64,000 nt of DNA from an uncultured Verrucomicrobiae bacterium (GTDB taxonomy: Bacteria; Verrucomicrobiota; Verrucomicrobiia; Limisphaerales; UBA11358), in the NCBI GenBank assembly GCA_963744965.1, contig CAVUVT010000010.1, forward strand, positions 202,279 to 266,278, written 5' to 3'. Below, piece after piece: positions 18,340 through 27,447 of the stretch. The first letter of the stretch is position 1; the number at the start of each line of letters is the position of its first letter. Below the pieces are notes generated by a model that saw only the letters and a list, made by a program, of their open reading frames with translations, had not been told where the DNA came from and did no database searches. Made by a program: the position numbers and the translations under genes.

Positions 18340-19212
18340 CTATGTCGGAAGCTTGCGCATCATGCTTTTCGCCCGCCATACCCAGACACGGTCGCGTTTG
18401 CGTTGGAACGCCGGGGCATGCACATCGTCGGCCACGACATCCTTCAATTCCGTCCGCGCCAGCTCCGGTTGGTTTTTGGCGAGGTAAAGCCCGGCCAGTT
18501 GCACCTTGGCGCGCGCGTAGGAATGTTCCGCGGTGACCTGTTGCCACATTTTGAGCGCCGCATCGGTTTCGCCGAGCGCGGCCAATGTTTCGGCCAGCGC
18601 CATCATCGTGTAGCCGTAATCGTGTTTTGGATTTTCGGCAATGACGCCTTCGAGCAACGGACGCGCCTCGGCGGCGCGATTCTGCCGGAGCAGGCATTGG
18701 CCGAGATGGGCGCGGGTGTCAATGTCCCGCGCGTCCCGTTCGAGCGCGGCGCGGTAGCAAGCTTCGGCCTTTTCGAGTTTGCCCTGTTGAAAATAGATGT
18801 CGCCGAGTTGCGAGTGGTGGTGCGCCTTGTCGAGGTGATAAATTTGCGCCTGCAATTCCTTGATGCGGCGGCGGCTGTGCGCACCGGGCAGTTCAAATCC
18901 GCGCGTGGCGGACGGCGCGGCGCGATAGACGTAAAAATAATACAACACGGAGGACAACCCCCAGCCCAGGACAATGAACAGCGCCCAAATCCATTCGCGC
19001 TGGCGGATGGCGTCAATGAGCATCCAGATTTGGAAAAGGAACACCGCCAGCCAAAACGGACTGGTCAAAAGAAAGTTCCAGCTCCCGAGGTTGGTGAGCA
19101 GCGAGGCGAACATGGCTTTGAGATTAGGCGCGCCGTCAAAACGAGGCAAACAAACTTCATGCCCGGCGGCCATGCGGAGGCGTTTGATAATGCCTCCACG
19201 CAAACGTGCCAT
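18340..19212 (-). CDS. Membrane-anchored TPR-repeat protein
   Basis: 290 aa. Two or three hydrophobic helices (WNFLLTSPFWLAVFLFQIWMLI, IWALFIVLGWGLSSVLYYFYV) are followed by TPR-like helices (LGDIYFQQGKLEKAEACYRAALERD..). Start is uncertain; alternative Met codons lie downstream. Confidence 0.65.
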   Translation of the reverse strand: MARLRGGIIKRLRMAAGHEVCLPRFDGAPNLKAMFASLLTNLGSWNFLLTSPFWLAVFLFQIWMLIDAIRQREWIWALFIVLGWGLSSVLYYFYVYRAAPSATRGFELPGAHSRRRIKELQAQIYHLDKAHHHSQLGDIYFQQGKLEKAEACYRAALERDARDIDTRAHLGQCLLRQNRAAEARPLLEGVIAENPKHDYGYTMMALAETLAALGETDAALKMWQQVTAEHSYARAKVQLAGLYLAKNQPELARTELKDVVADDVHAPAFQRKRDRVWVWRAKSMMRKLPT

Positions 19213-19219
19213 TTCGTTT

Positions 19220-19282
19220 GGAGTTCCGCCTTGAGGCGGCCAAACGCGGTTGCACAGGCAGACCGCCTGAAGGCGGAACTCC
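19220..19282. repeat. Double-hairpin palindromic repeat (GGAGTTC..CTGAAG..GAACTCC family)
   Basis: ggagttccgccttgaggcgg (19220-19239) and ccgcctgaaggcggaactcc (19263-19282) are reverse complements with 1 mismatch. Each arm is itself a small palindrome (ccgcc-n4-ggcgg). Related to the element at 28603-28656. Confidence 0.55.
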
Positions 19283-19370
19283 GAACATGGGGCAGCGTCA
19301 GACGCACCCCCTATGGAATTGTCCGCTTGTTTTTGGCGGGGTTCGCGTATAATTATTTGGGGCGTCCAGC

Positions 19371-20099
19371 ATGAATCCGACCCTCATCATCGTACCGACA
19401 TTCAACGAGCGGGAAAATCTCGCGCGCATGGCTGAATGCCTTTTGAAACTGCCGGTGCCGGTGGACCTGCTGGTGGTGGACGGCAATTCGCCCGACGGCA
19501 CGGGCAAAATCGCCGACGAACTCGCCGCGAAACATCCGCAGATTCATGTCCTGCACCAGCAGAAAAAAAACGGGCTGGGTCCCGCCTACCTTTCCGGTTT
19601 CAAATGGGCGCTGGAAAAAAATTACGAATTCATCTTCGAGATGGACTGCGATTTTTCGCACAACCCGGACGATGTGCCCCTGTTCATCGAAGCCACCAAG
19701 AATGCCGATCTCGTCCTCGGCTCGCGTTACAAGGGCGGCATTCGCGTCGTCAACTGGCCGCTCAAGCGGCTCATGTTGAGCCGCAGCGCGGGCAAATACG
19801 TGCAACTCGTCACCGGCATGCCGTTCACCGACCCGACGGGCGGTTACAAATGTTTCCGCCGCCGCGCGTTGCAGGCCATCAACCTCGACAAGGTCCAGTC
19901 CAACGGCTACAGCTTTCAGATTGAGATGACGCACAAACTCTGGCGGCAGGGATTCCGGATCGTTGAAGTCCCGATCGTTTTCACGGAACGCGCCGAGGGC
20001 CATTCCAAAATGTCCGGCCACATTGTCTGGGAAGCGCTCTGGATGGTCTGGAAGCTGTGGCTGCAAAACGGCCTGCGCCGCCGTCCGCGCAAGCGATAA
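19371..20099 (+). CDS. Polyprenol-phosphate mannosyltransferase (GT2; Ppm1/DPM1-like)
   Basis: 242 aa. IIVPTFNERENL, LLVVDGNSPDGT and EMDCDFSHNPDD motifs typical of dolichol/polyprenol-P-mannose synthases. Confidence 0.85.
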   Translation: MNPTLIIVPTFNERENLARMAECLLKLPVPVDLLVVDGNSPDGTGKIADELAAKHPQIHVLHQQKKNGLGPAYLSGFKWALEKNYEFIFEMDCDFSHNPDDVPLFIEATKNADLVLGSRYKGGIRVVNWPLKRLMLSRSAGKYVQLVTGMPFTDPTGGYKCFRRRALQAINLDKVQSNGYSFQIEMTHKLWRQGFRIVEVPIVFTERAEGHSKMSGHIVWEALWMVWKLWLQNGLRRRPRKR

Positions 20100-20142
20100 G
20101 CAAACATTTGCCAAAACTGCTTCATCAGCTAAATTGACGGCC

Positions 20143-20706
20143 ATGATTAGTCTGATCGCCGGCACCAACCGTCCGGGCAGCAACACGCGCAAAGTCGCCG
20201 CCCACCTCGAGGAATTTTACGCCGAACTTCAAGTGCCGTTGCGCGTGCTCGACCTCGCGCAACTGCCGCCGGAAATTTTTTCGCCGGGGGCCTACGCCGA
20301 AAAACCGAAATCATTCCAGCCGTTTGCGGACGCGATTTTGCAATCCGACGGGCTGCACGTGGTCACGCCCGAATACAACGGCGGCATTCCGGGCATTTTG
20401 AAGTATTTCATTGATATGCTGAAATTCCCGGAGAGTTTCAAGCGCCGGCCGGTGTGTTTCACCGGGCTGGCGGCGGGCATCTGGGGCGCGTTGCGGCCGG
20501 TGGAGCAGCTCCAGCAGATTTTCGGCTATCGCAACGCCTATCTTTATCCGGAGCGTGTTTTCCTGCCGGAGATTTACGATTTGCTCGACGACTCGGGCTG
20601 GCTCAAGGATGCCGAATTGCTTGGTCGTTTAAAAAAACAGGTCAACGGTTTCACCGATTTTGTCGAGCGCCTGAAAAATGTGAAATTGCACGGCGCCAGA
20701 CCTTGA
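20143..20706 (+). CDS. NAD(P)H-dependent FMN reductase family oxidoreductase
   Basis: MISLIAGTNRPGSNTRKVA..VVTPEYNGGIPGILKYFIDML matches the FMN_red family pattern. The ATG at 20143 avoids the overlap with the upstream gene that the 19963 start creates. Confidence 0.75.
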   Translation: MISLIAGTNRPGSNTRKVAAHLEEFYAELQVPLRVLDLAQLPPEIFSPGAYAEKPKSFQPFADAILQSDGLHVVTPEYNGGIPGILKYFIDMLKFPESFKRRPVCFTGLAAGIWGALRPVEQLQQIFGYRNAYLYPERVFLPEIYDLLDDSGWLKDAELLGRLKKQVNGFTDFVERLKNVKLHGARP

Positions 20707-20746
20707 GCTAGAGTCCGCAAGCACAAAACAAAAAAGGAGATTTACC

Positions 20747-21277
20747 ATGAAAATGAATTTGTTGAACACGCTGCTCATGGCCGGTTCCATCATCTTTTCC
20801 GCTGCGACAGCTTCCGCCACGATTCCCCAAGCCGGGGACAAGGCGCCGCTGTTCACCGGCCAGGACCAGGACGGCAAGACCGTCAAATTGAACAGCCTCG
20901 TCGGCAAAAAAATCGTGCTGCTCTATTTTTATCCCAAGGACAACACCCCGGGTTGCACAAAGGAAGCGTGCGGCTTCCGCGACCGCATGAGCGAGTTGCA
21001 AACGAACAACGTCGAGGTCATCGGGGTCAGTTTTGATTCCGCCGAGAGCCACAAACAATTCATCGCCCAATACAAATTGAATTTCCGTCTGCTGGCCGAT
21101 CCCGAGGGCAAAATCGTTGATGCCTATGGCGTGCAGGTGGTGGGCCGGAAAATGGCGCGCCGGGTCAGCTTCCTCATCGGCCTGGACGGCAAAATCGTTC
21201 ACGTGACCGACTCGGGCAATCCCGACCTCCATTTCAACGAAATGAAGGCCGCCATCGCCGGTTTGAAAAAGAAGTAG
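20747..21277 (+). CDS. bcp: Peroxiredoxin (Bcp/AhpC-TSA family) with signal peptide
   Basis: VLLYFYPKDNTPGCTKEACGFRD contains the peroxidatic Cys motif. N-terminal hydrophobic leader. AAGGAGA ribosome-binding site 6 nt upstream of the ATG. Confidence 0.88.
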   Translation: MKMNLLNTLLMAGSIIFSAATASATIPQAGDKAPLFTGQDQDGKTVKLNSLVGKKIVLLYFYPKDNTPGCTKEACGFRDRMSELQTNNVEVIGVSFDSAESHKQFIAQYKLNFRLLADPEGKIVDAYGVQVVGRKMARRVSFLIGLDGKIVHVTDSGNPDLHFNEMKAAIAGLKKK

Positions 21278-21300
21278 GTCGAACGCGGGCTTCAGAAATT

Positions 21301-21367
21301 GGTGGGGCGAGCGTCCTCGCGAGCCGAAGACCGGGAATTTGCGGCTCGCCGGGAGTCTCGCCTCACC
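21301..21367. repeat. Imperfect palindromic REP-like element
   Basis: ggtggggcgagcgtcctcgcgagccg (21301-21326) against cggctcgccgggagtctcgcctcacc (21342-21367): 21 of 26 positions are complementary. Confidence 0.35.
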
Positions 21368-21430
21368 AATGCGGTTGCTGCGCTAAAGTCCCATCTCGTC
21401 AAAATTGCAATCTGCGTTTAGATTTGCCGT

Positions 21431-23239
21431 GTGCAGTCGTGGATGAACAGCGGCATGGTCACGCGGGCGCGGGATTTTCTTCACCGCCACTGGCGGCGCG
21501 CGCTGCGCTGGCGCGAAAAACTGGTCCCCCGGGAAGAGTTCTTCCACTTGGTGCTAGCCGGGTTCGTCGGCGTCGTCGGCGGTCTGGTAAATCTGGCTTT
21601 CTATTACGGAGTTCATCTGATTCAACCGGGCGATCCGGTGGAAGTCGCTGGCCGGTTGAACGACTGGGAACGCGTTCTGGTTCCGACCCTGGGCGGTCTG
21701 GCGGCGGGACTGGTTTTGCATGGGGGCCGGCGGCTCGTCGGGCCGCAGGGTTCCACCAACCTGCTCGAAGTGGTCGTCGCCGGCGACGGCCGGCTGCCGT
21801 TCCGCACGGAACTGGTGAAAACGGGTTCGGCCATCATCAGCATCGCCACCGGCGCCTCCATCGGGCGCGAGGGCGGCATCACGCAACTGGCGGCGACGCT
21901 GTCGTCCAAGCTCGGCCAGGTCGCGAAATGGCCGCCTTACCGGCTGCGGCTGCTGGTCGGCTGCGGCGCGGCTTCCGGCATCGCGGCGGCCTACAACGCG
22001 CCGATTGCGGGCGCGGTTTTCTCGGCGCTGATCGTGCTGGGAAATTTTTCGATGAATTTGTTCGCGCCGCTGGTTTTTTCGTCGGTCATCGCGGCCATGG
22101 TGTCGCGCAGTTTTTTCGGCATTGAACCATGGTATAAAATCCCGCCATTCCCCGCCGCCACGCTGCCGCAACTGCCGTGGTTTGTGCTGCTGGGCGTGCT
22201 TTGCGGCGCGGTGGGCGCCGTGTTCCTGAAACTGCTGCGGCTCGGCGAGGGGCAGTTTCGCAAACTTAACTGGCCGGTTTATCTCCGACTGGCGTTCGCC
22301 GGTTTGCTGGTTGGCATCATTGCCATTGGATTTCCCGGCGTCTGCGGCAATGGCTATTCGGTGACGAACAGCCTCCTGCATGAGCAATTTCTGACCCGGT
22401 CGCAGCCTTTATTGTGGCTGGCCGGATTGCTGGTGGCGAAATGGGTGGCCACGGCGGCAACAGTGGGCGCAGGCACGGTGGGTGGAGTGTTTACGCCCAC
22501 GTTGTTCGTCGGCGCGGCTGCTGGCGCGCTGTTCGGCACAGCGCTGCATCAACTGGGCGGTTCGGCGGCGGATGTGCCGGCGGGCGCGTTCGCGCTGGTG
22601 GGCATGGGCGCGGTGCTGGCGGCGACGACGCGGTCGCCGTTGCTGGCGATGATCATGATTTTTGAATTGTCGCTGGATTATTCGCTGGTGCCGCCGCTGA
22701 TGCTGGCCTGCGTGGTTTCCATCCTGGTGGCGCGGCAATTGCACGGAGACTCGGTCTATACGGAACATCTGCGCGTCAAGGGCCTGGCGCTCGGCCAGGA
22801 AACCAGCCGTCCCGGCGCAACCATGGAACAAACCATCGGCGACCTCATGCGCGCGCCGGTAACGCCGGTGCGCGAGAACACGCCGCTCCGGGAAATCGCC
22901 GACCGTTTTTTGACCAATTCCAATAATTTTCTGCCCGTCGTGGATGCGCAGCAGCGGTTGCTCGGCATGGTGGCGTTGCAGGATTTAAAGGAATTTCTCA
23001 ATGCCAACCAGGACCTCGGGGCAGTCATCGCCTACGACGTAATGCGCCCGCCGCCTCAATGCCTCACCCCCGGCCAGCGGTTGATCGAGGCGCTGCCCGC
23101 AGTGCTGGAAAGTGAATTGCGCAACGTGCCCGTCGTCAACAATCCGGCGGAAAACAAGCTGGTTGGCGCGGTTGACCGGGCGGAAGTGCTGGCGATTTTC
23201 TCCGAAGCCATCGCCGCAAAAAGCGATCCCGCGCGGTGA
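21431..23239 (+). CDS. ClC-family chloride channel/antiporter with C-terminal CBS pair
   Basis: GASIGREGG and GGVFTPTLF selectivity-filter motifs. About 10-12 hydrophobic helices. C-terminal 150 aa have CBS-like repeats (..FLPVVD..LLGMVALQDL.., ..NVPVVNN..LVGAVDRAEVL). The GTG at 21431 or the ATG at 21443 could be the start. Confidence 0.9.
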   Translation: MQSWMNSGMVTRARDFLHRHWRRALRWREKLVPREEFFHLVLAGFVGVVGGLVNLAFYYGVHLIQPGDPVEVAGRLNDWERVLVPTLGGLAAGLVLHGGRRLVGPQGSTNLLEVVVAGDGRLPFRTELVKTGSAIISIATGASIGREGGITQLAATLSSKLGQVAKWPPYRLRLLVGCGAASGIAAAYNAPIAGAVFSALIVLGNFSMNLFAPLVFSSVIAAMVSRSFFGIEPWYKIPPFPAATLPQLPWFVLLGVLCGAVGAVFLKLLRLGEGQFRKLNWPVYLRLAFAGLLVGIIAIGFPGVCGNGYSVTNSLLHEQFLTRSQPLLWLAGLLVAKWVATAATVGAGTVGGVFTPTLFVGAAAGALFGTALHQLGGSAADVPAGAFALVGMGAVLAATTRSPLLAMIMIFELSLDYSLVPPLMLACVVSILVARQLHGDSVYTEHLRVKGLALGQETSRPGATMEQTIGDLMRAPVTPVRENTPLREIADRFLTNSNNFLPVVDAQQRLLGMVALQDLKEFLNANQDLGAVIAYDVMRPPPQCLTPGQRLIEALPAVLESELRNVPVVNNPAENKLVGAVDRAEVLAIFSEAIAAKSDPAR

Positions 23240-23280
23240 AAAGTCTTTTTTGGCCGCGTTCGGCTTTCTAAGCTGGCGGT

Positions 23281-24492
23281 GTGCCTTTCAAAACTGGCGA
23301 TCAACTCACCTTGACGATTCAAGACATCGCATTCGGCGGTGAAGGCGTCGGGCGCGTGCGCCTTGGCTCCGACACGAGCGCCGGGGCTTTGGCGACACCA
23401 GCGGGCGATTTCGTCGTGTTCGTGCCGTTTGTACTCGTCGGCGAAGTCGTCGAGGTTGAAATCGTGGAGGTCAAAAAGAATTTCGCCCGCGCGAAACTTC
23501 TACGAGTCGTGCAACCGGCGCCGGAACGCGTCGAACCGGCCTGCCGGTACTTCGGCCAATGCGGCGGCTGCCAGTATCAGCACGTTGATTACGCCACGCA
23601 GCTTCGATTGAAACACAAACAGATCGCCGATTTGTTTCAGCGGATTGGCGGGTTTGAGCAGGCGCGGGTGGCGCAGGTGATTCCCTGCCCCCGGCCTTAC
23701 GGCTACCGCAATCGCATCATGATTCGCAGCCAGTGGAACAAACCGGAGCAAAAGCTGAACATCGGTTTTGTGCGCTGGGACGGCGGCTTGGTTGAGGACA
23801 TCGAGGAATGCAAAATTGCCGAACCGGCGCTCAACGAAGAAATCCAGCGGGTCCGCGCGCAGCCGCCGCCGAAGGGGGGAATCAAGGTCGTTTTGCGCGT
23901 GTCGCCGGAAGACTGGGACGTGCCGCCGGATTCGTTTTTCCAAAACAATTTTCCCCTGCTGCCGAAGCTCGTGGAAACCGTGCGCGGATTGCTCCGCGAC
24001 AGCGGCGCGCGGCATCTGGCGGACCTGTATTGCGGCGTCGGTTTTTTCGGCATTGAACTGGCGGACGCGGTTGAATCGTTCGTCGGCGTGGAATACGACC
24101 AGCGCGCCGTCCAGGCGGCGCGGCGCAACGCGGGGGCGCGAAAAATCAGCAACGGGGGGTTCCTGGCGTCGGCGGTGGAGGCGGTTCTGCCGGAATTGCT
24201 GAAAAAGTTTTCGCCGGAACAAACGGCGGTTCTGCTCGACCCGCCGCGCAAAGGCTGTTTGCCGCAGACGTTGAAGCTGTTGTGTGAAACAAAGCCGGCG
24301 CAAGTGATTTATGTGTCGTGTCATCCGGCGACGATGGCGCGCGACTTGAACATTTTGTGCGGCCAGGGTGTCTTTGAACTGGTGTCTGTGCAGCCGTTGG
24401 ATATGTTTCCACAAACGCAACACGTCGAGTGCGTGGCGGATTTGCGCGCTGGCATAAAATCTTGCCAGGACGCACGGGATGGATTCAACTGA
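23281..24492 (+). CDS. RumA/RlmD-type SAM-dependent RNA (uracil-5-)-methyltransferase with TRAM domain and 4Fe-4S site
   Basis: N-terminal TRAM-like beta region. CRYFGQCGGCQYQH is the cluster motif of the RumA family. LADLYCGVGFFG is the SAM motif. YVSCHPAT and a C-terminal Cys-containing catalytic region are present. Confidence 0.85.
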   Translation: MPFKTGDQLTLTIQDIAFGGEGVGRVRLGSDTSAGALATPAGDFVVFVPFVLVGEVVEVEIVEVKKNFARAKLLRVVQPAPERVEPACRYFGQCGGCQYQHVDYATQLRLKHKQIADLFQRIGGFEQARVAQVIPCPRPYGYRNRIMIRSQWNKPEQKLNIGFVRWDGGLVEDIEECKIAEPALNEEIQRVRAQPPPKGGIKVVLRVSPEDWDVPPDSFFQNNFPLLPKLVETVRGLLRDSGARHLADLYCGVGFFGIELADAVESFVGVEYDQRAVQAARRNAGARKISNGGFLASAVEAVLPELLKKFSPEQTAVLLDPPRKGCLPQTLKLLCETKPAQVIYVSCHPATMARDLNILCGQGVFELVSVQPLDMFPQTQHVECVADLRAGIKSCQDARDGFN

Positions 24493-24501
24493 ACCGATTC
24501 A

Positions 24502-27438
24502 ATGACAACTCAAACGCGAACCGACCCGCGGAAAAATTTTGCGCCGCGATTTTTACCCTGGCTTTTGACGGCGGCTGCGTTCGCGTTTTATTGGTTCACG
24601 TTGAACCGCTGGGTAACGCCAGCCAACCTCCAGGCGGTCGCCAAAACATCAGGCTGGACGTGGCAGCCGGAAGTGGTGGGTCCGATTTCATTTCTGGTCA
24701 CCGGTCCCTTTCGCTGGTTGCCGCCGGCGCAGATTCCAATCGCGCTGAATGTGTTTTCCGCCGTGTGCGCGGCCTTGACCCTCGGCTTGCTGGCGCGGTC
24801 GGTCGCGCTGCTGCCGCGCGACCGGACGGATGAGCAACGCAAACGGGAACACAGCGATTTTTCATTTTTGACCACCGGCAGCGCGTGGCTGCCGCCGGTG
24901 CTGGCCGTGTTGGTTTGCGGTTTGCAAATGACATTTTGGCAGAACGCAACGAATTGTACGGGCGAGATGTTCGACCTGTTGCTGTTCGCGTTCGTGATTT
25001 GGTCGCTGCTGGAATACCGGCTGGATGAACGCGAAGGGCGTTTGTTTCTGGCCGCGTTTGTGTATGGCGCGGGCATGGCAAATAATTGGGCCATGGTGGG
25101 ATTTTTCCCGGCCTTCGCAGCCGCGATAGTGTGGATCCGCGGCTTGAGCTTCTTCCATCTGCGATTTCTCAAAAGAATGACGTTGTGCGGGCTGTTGGGA
25201 ATGGCGTTTTTACTTTTGCTGCCATTGCTGGTCGTGATTTCGGGCAAGGTGCCGGTGACTTTCTGGGAGACGCTGAAAATCGGCCTGGTTCCGCAATATA
25301 ATGTGCTGAGACTGTATTTCTTCTTCTGCCTCCACCCGCCGCAATATCTCGAATCCCTGGCGTTGTTGCTGGCTTACCTGATCCCGGTGTTCTTGATGGC
25401 GATTCGCTGGAAATCAGCGTTCGGTGACCACAGCCAAATCGGCCAGACGTTGACAAGTTTCCTGTTTCATCTGGCGCACGCCACTTTTTTTATCCTTTGC
25501 GTTTGGATGGCATTTGATCCGCCGTTCAGCCCCCGGCATGTCAGTCTTGGGACGCCGTCGCCGTACTTGACGCTTTATTATCTCGGCGCATTGAGCATTG
25601 GTTATTTCAGCGGCTATTTTCTGCTCATTTTTGGCAAAGCCCCCAGCAGCCGATGGCCATTGCCAAAACCGGCGGCGGTTCTTCAATTCTTGAAGCCTTT
25701 GGTGGTCGTGGGGGTTTGGGTGTTCGCGGCGGCGGCGGCAACCGGGCTGATTTACAGAAATATGCCGCAAATCCGCGCGGCAAATGATGACACATTCCAA
25801 AAATATGCATCGTTCGTGGAGGAGAAACTGCCGCGGTCGGGCGGCGTTATATTGAGCGATGATCCGTACCATTTGTTTTTCGTGGAGGCGGCCTTGGCGC
25901 GGGACGGCCGGGCGAAAGATTTTTTGCCGCTCGACACCCACTCCCTGAACTGGCCTGCCTATCTCCGGTTCTTGCACGATAAATTCCCGCAGAAGTGGCC
26001 GGAACTGGTGTCGCCGAAAGAAGCGAGACCGATCAATCCGATTGGGCTCATCGGCGCCTTGACCATGCTGGCCAAATCCAACGAGCTTTACTACCTGCAT
26101 CCGAGCTTCGGCTACTATTTCGAGCAATTCTATCAGGAGCCGCACGGCCTGGTTTACAAACTGAAACTACTGCCCGGTGACACGCTGTTGCCACCGTTGC
26201 CGGACAAAAATCAAATCGCTGAGAACCAGGCCTTCTGGGCGCGGGTGGAAACGCAGGCGTTCGCTCCCATCAAACGCGCCGTGACACCGCCCGACCCGAA
26301 TGCGCCGCGCAGTTGGGGCCAGCGCCGGCTGGATAAAATTCATGCGCCCCGCGAACAAAACCAAAATGCCATCGTGGCCGGAACCTTTTACTCGCGCAGC
26401 CTGAATTTCTGGGGTGTTCAGTTGCAACGGGCCGGCGATCTGACCAATGCCGCCGCGTGTTTCATCCTGGCAGAAGAAGTCAATCCCGACAACTTCGTCG
26501 CGGAAGTCAATCTCCAGTTCAATCAAAGCCTTCGCGCCGGCAAAAGCGTGCCGCTGGACCTGTCCAAAACCTCCAGCGATCAATTTGGCAAATACCGCGA
26601 TTGGAACGCAGTGCTCAACGCCAACGGGCCTTTCGATGAGCCGAGCTTTTGTTTTGTGGAGGGCATCAACCTGGCGGCGCAAAACAAATATTTTCGCCAG
26701 GCGGTCGCGCCGTTCGCGCGCGTCCGGGAACTGGCTCCGGACAATCTCGTGGCGCGGCTCTGGCTCGGCCAGATTTACGTGCTGTCGCGCCTGCCCGACC
26801 GCGCGCTCGAGGCGCTGCGCGATCCGCTCGAACAGCCGGGAAGATTTTCGCTCGCCAAAATGAATGAAACGCAACTGAACGTCACCGCCGCCGCCGCCTA
26901 TCTTCAAAAAAACGACTTCGCGCGGGGAACGCAATTGCTCGAAACCGAAATCGCCCTCCATCCCGACGACACCAATCTGCTCAACGCCACCGTGCAGGCC
27001 TATCTGAACCACGGCCTGTTCACCAATGCGCTCGGCATCATTGACCACCAACTGAAACTGGCGCCCAACGACCCGGTCTGGCTTTTTAACCGGGGCAACG
27101 TTTCCATCCAGCTCAAAGCCTACGATGACGCCATTGCCGCCTTCACCCGAGTGCTTGCCACGCAAACAAACAATCCTTCGGTGCTCTTCAATCGCGCCCT
27201 GGCCTGCCTCAACAGCGGCAAGCTCGACGCCGCGCGCGCCGATTACAAAACCTTGCAGCAATCATTCACCAACTCGTTTTGGGTCGCCTGGGGCCTCGGC
27301 GAAATCGCCTGGCGCCAGCACGACACGAACGAAGCGGTCAGAAATTACAAAATTTACCTGGCCAACGCGAACACCAACACCGAAGAAGCCACCAACGTCA
27401 TGCAGCGGCTCCGCGAACTCAAAGGCCATTCACCCTGA
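24502..27438 (+). CDS. Large polytopic membrane protein with C-terminal TPR array (GT-C / DUF2723-like glycosyltransferase candidate)
   Basis: 978 aa. About 12 hydrophobic helices in the first 430 aa, a soluble middle domain, and clear TPR units at the C-terminus (..AYLQKNDFARGTQLLETEIALHPDD.., ..AYDDAIAAFTRVLATQTNNP..). The N-terminal layout resembles DUF2723/TMEM260-type proteins. I could not find the acidic first-loop motif. Confidence 0.55.
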   Translation: MTTQTRTDPRKNFAPRFLPWLLTAAAFAFYWFTLNRWVTPANLQAVAKTSGWTWQPEVVGPISFLVTGPFRWLPPAQIPIALNVFSAVCAALTLGLLARSVALLPRDRTDEQRKREHSDFSFLTTGSAWLPPVLAVLVCGLQMTFWQNATNCTGEMFDLLLFAFVIWSLLEYRLDEREGRLFLAAFVYGAGMANNWAMVGFFPAFAAAIVWIRGLSFFHLRFLKRMTLCGLLGMAFLLLLPLLVVISGKVPVTFWETLKIGLVPQYNVLRLYFFFCLHPPQYLESLALLLAYLIPVFLMAIRWKSAFGDHSQIGQTLTSFLFHLAHATFFILCVWMAFDPPFSPRHVSLGTPSPYLTLYYLGALSIGYFSGYFLLIFGKAPSSRWPLPKPAAVLQFLKPLVVVGVWVFAAAAATGLIYRNMPQIRAANDDTFQKYASFVEEKLPRSGGVILSDDPYHLFFVEAALARDGRAKDFLPLDTHSLNWPAYLRFLHDKFPQKWPELVSPKEARPINPIGLIGALTMLAKSNELYYLHPSFGYYFEQFYQEPHGLVYKLKLLPGDTLLPPLPDKNQIAENQAFWARVETQAFAPIKRAVTPPDPNAPRSWGQRRLDKIHAPREQNQNAIVAGTFYSRSLNFWGVQLQRAGDLTNAAACFILAEEVNPDNFVAEVNLQFNQSLRAGKSVPLDLSKTSSDQFGKYRDWNAVLNANGPFDEPSFCFVEGINLAAQNKYFRQAVAPFARVRELAPDNLVARLWLGQIYVLSRLPDRALEALRDPLEQPGRFSLAKMNETQLNVTAAAAYLQKNDFARGTQLLETEIALHPDDTNLLNATVQAYLNHGLFTNALGIIDHQLKLAPNDPVWLFNRGNVSIQLKAYDDAIAAFTRVLATQTNNPSVLFNRALACLNSGKLDAARADYKTLQQSFTNSFWVAWGLGEIAWRQHDTNEAVRNYKIYLANANTNTEEATNVMQRLRELKGHSP

Positions 27439-27447
27439 CACGCGCCG

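Noticed and set aside
19963-20142. Upstream start (19963) giving a 247-aa FMN reductase. Similar long N-terminal extensions occur for nrdJ (16567), pntAB (50840), the SDR (54599), dctP (6420), dctQM (7379), coaD (38252), gnd (55805) and the MFS transporter (60259).
   Set aside because: The extensions overlap neighbouring genes or are Arg/Ser-rich with no homology pattern. Internal ATG or overlap-coupled starts coincide with the conserved N-termini of the families.
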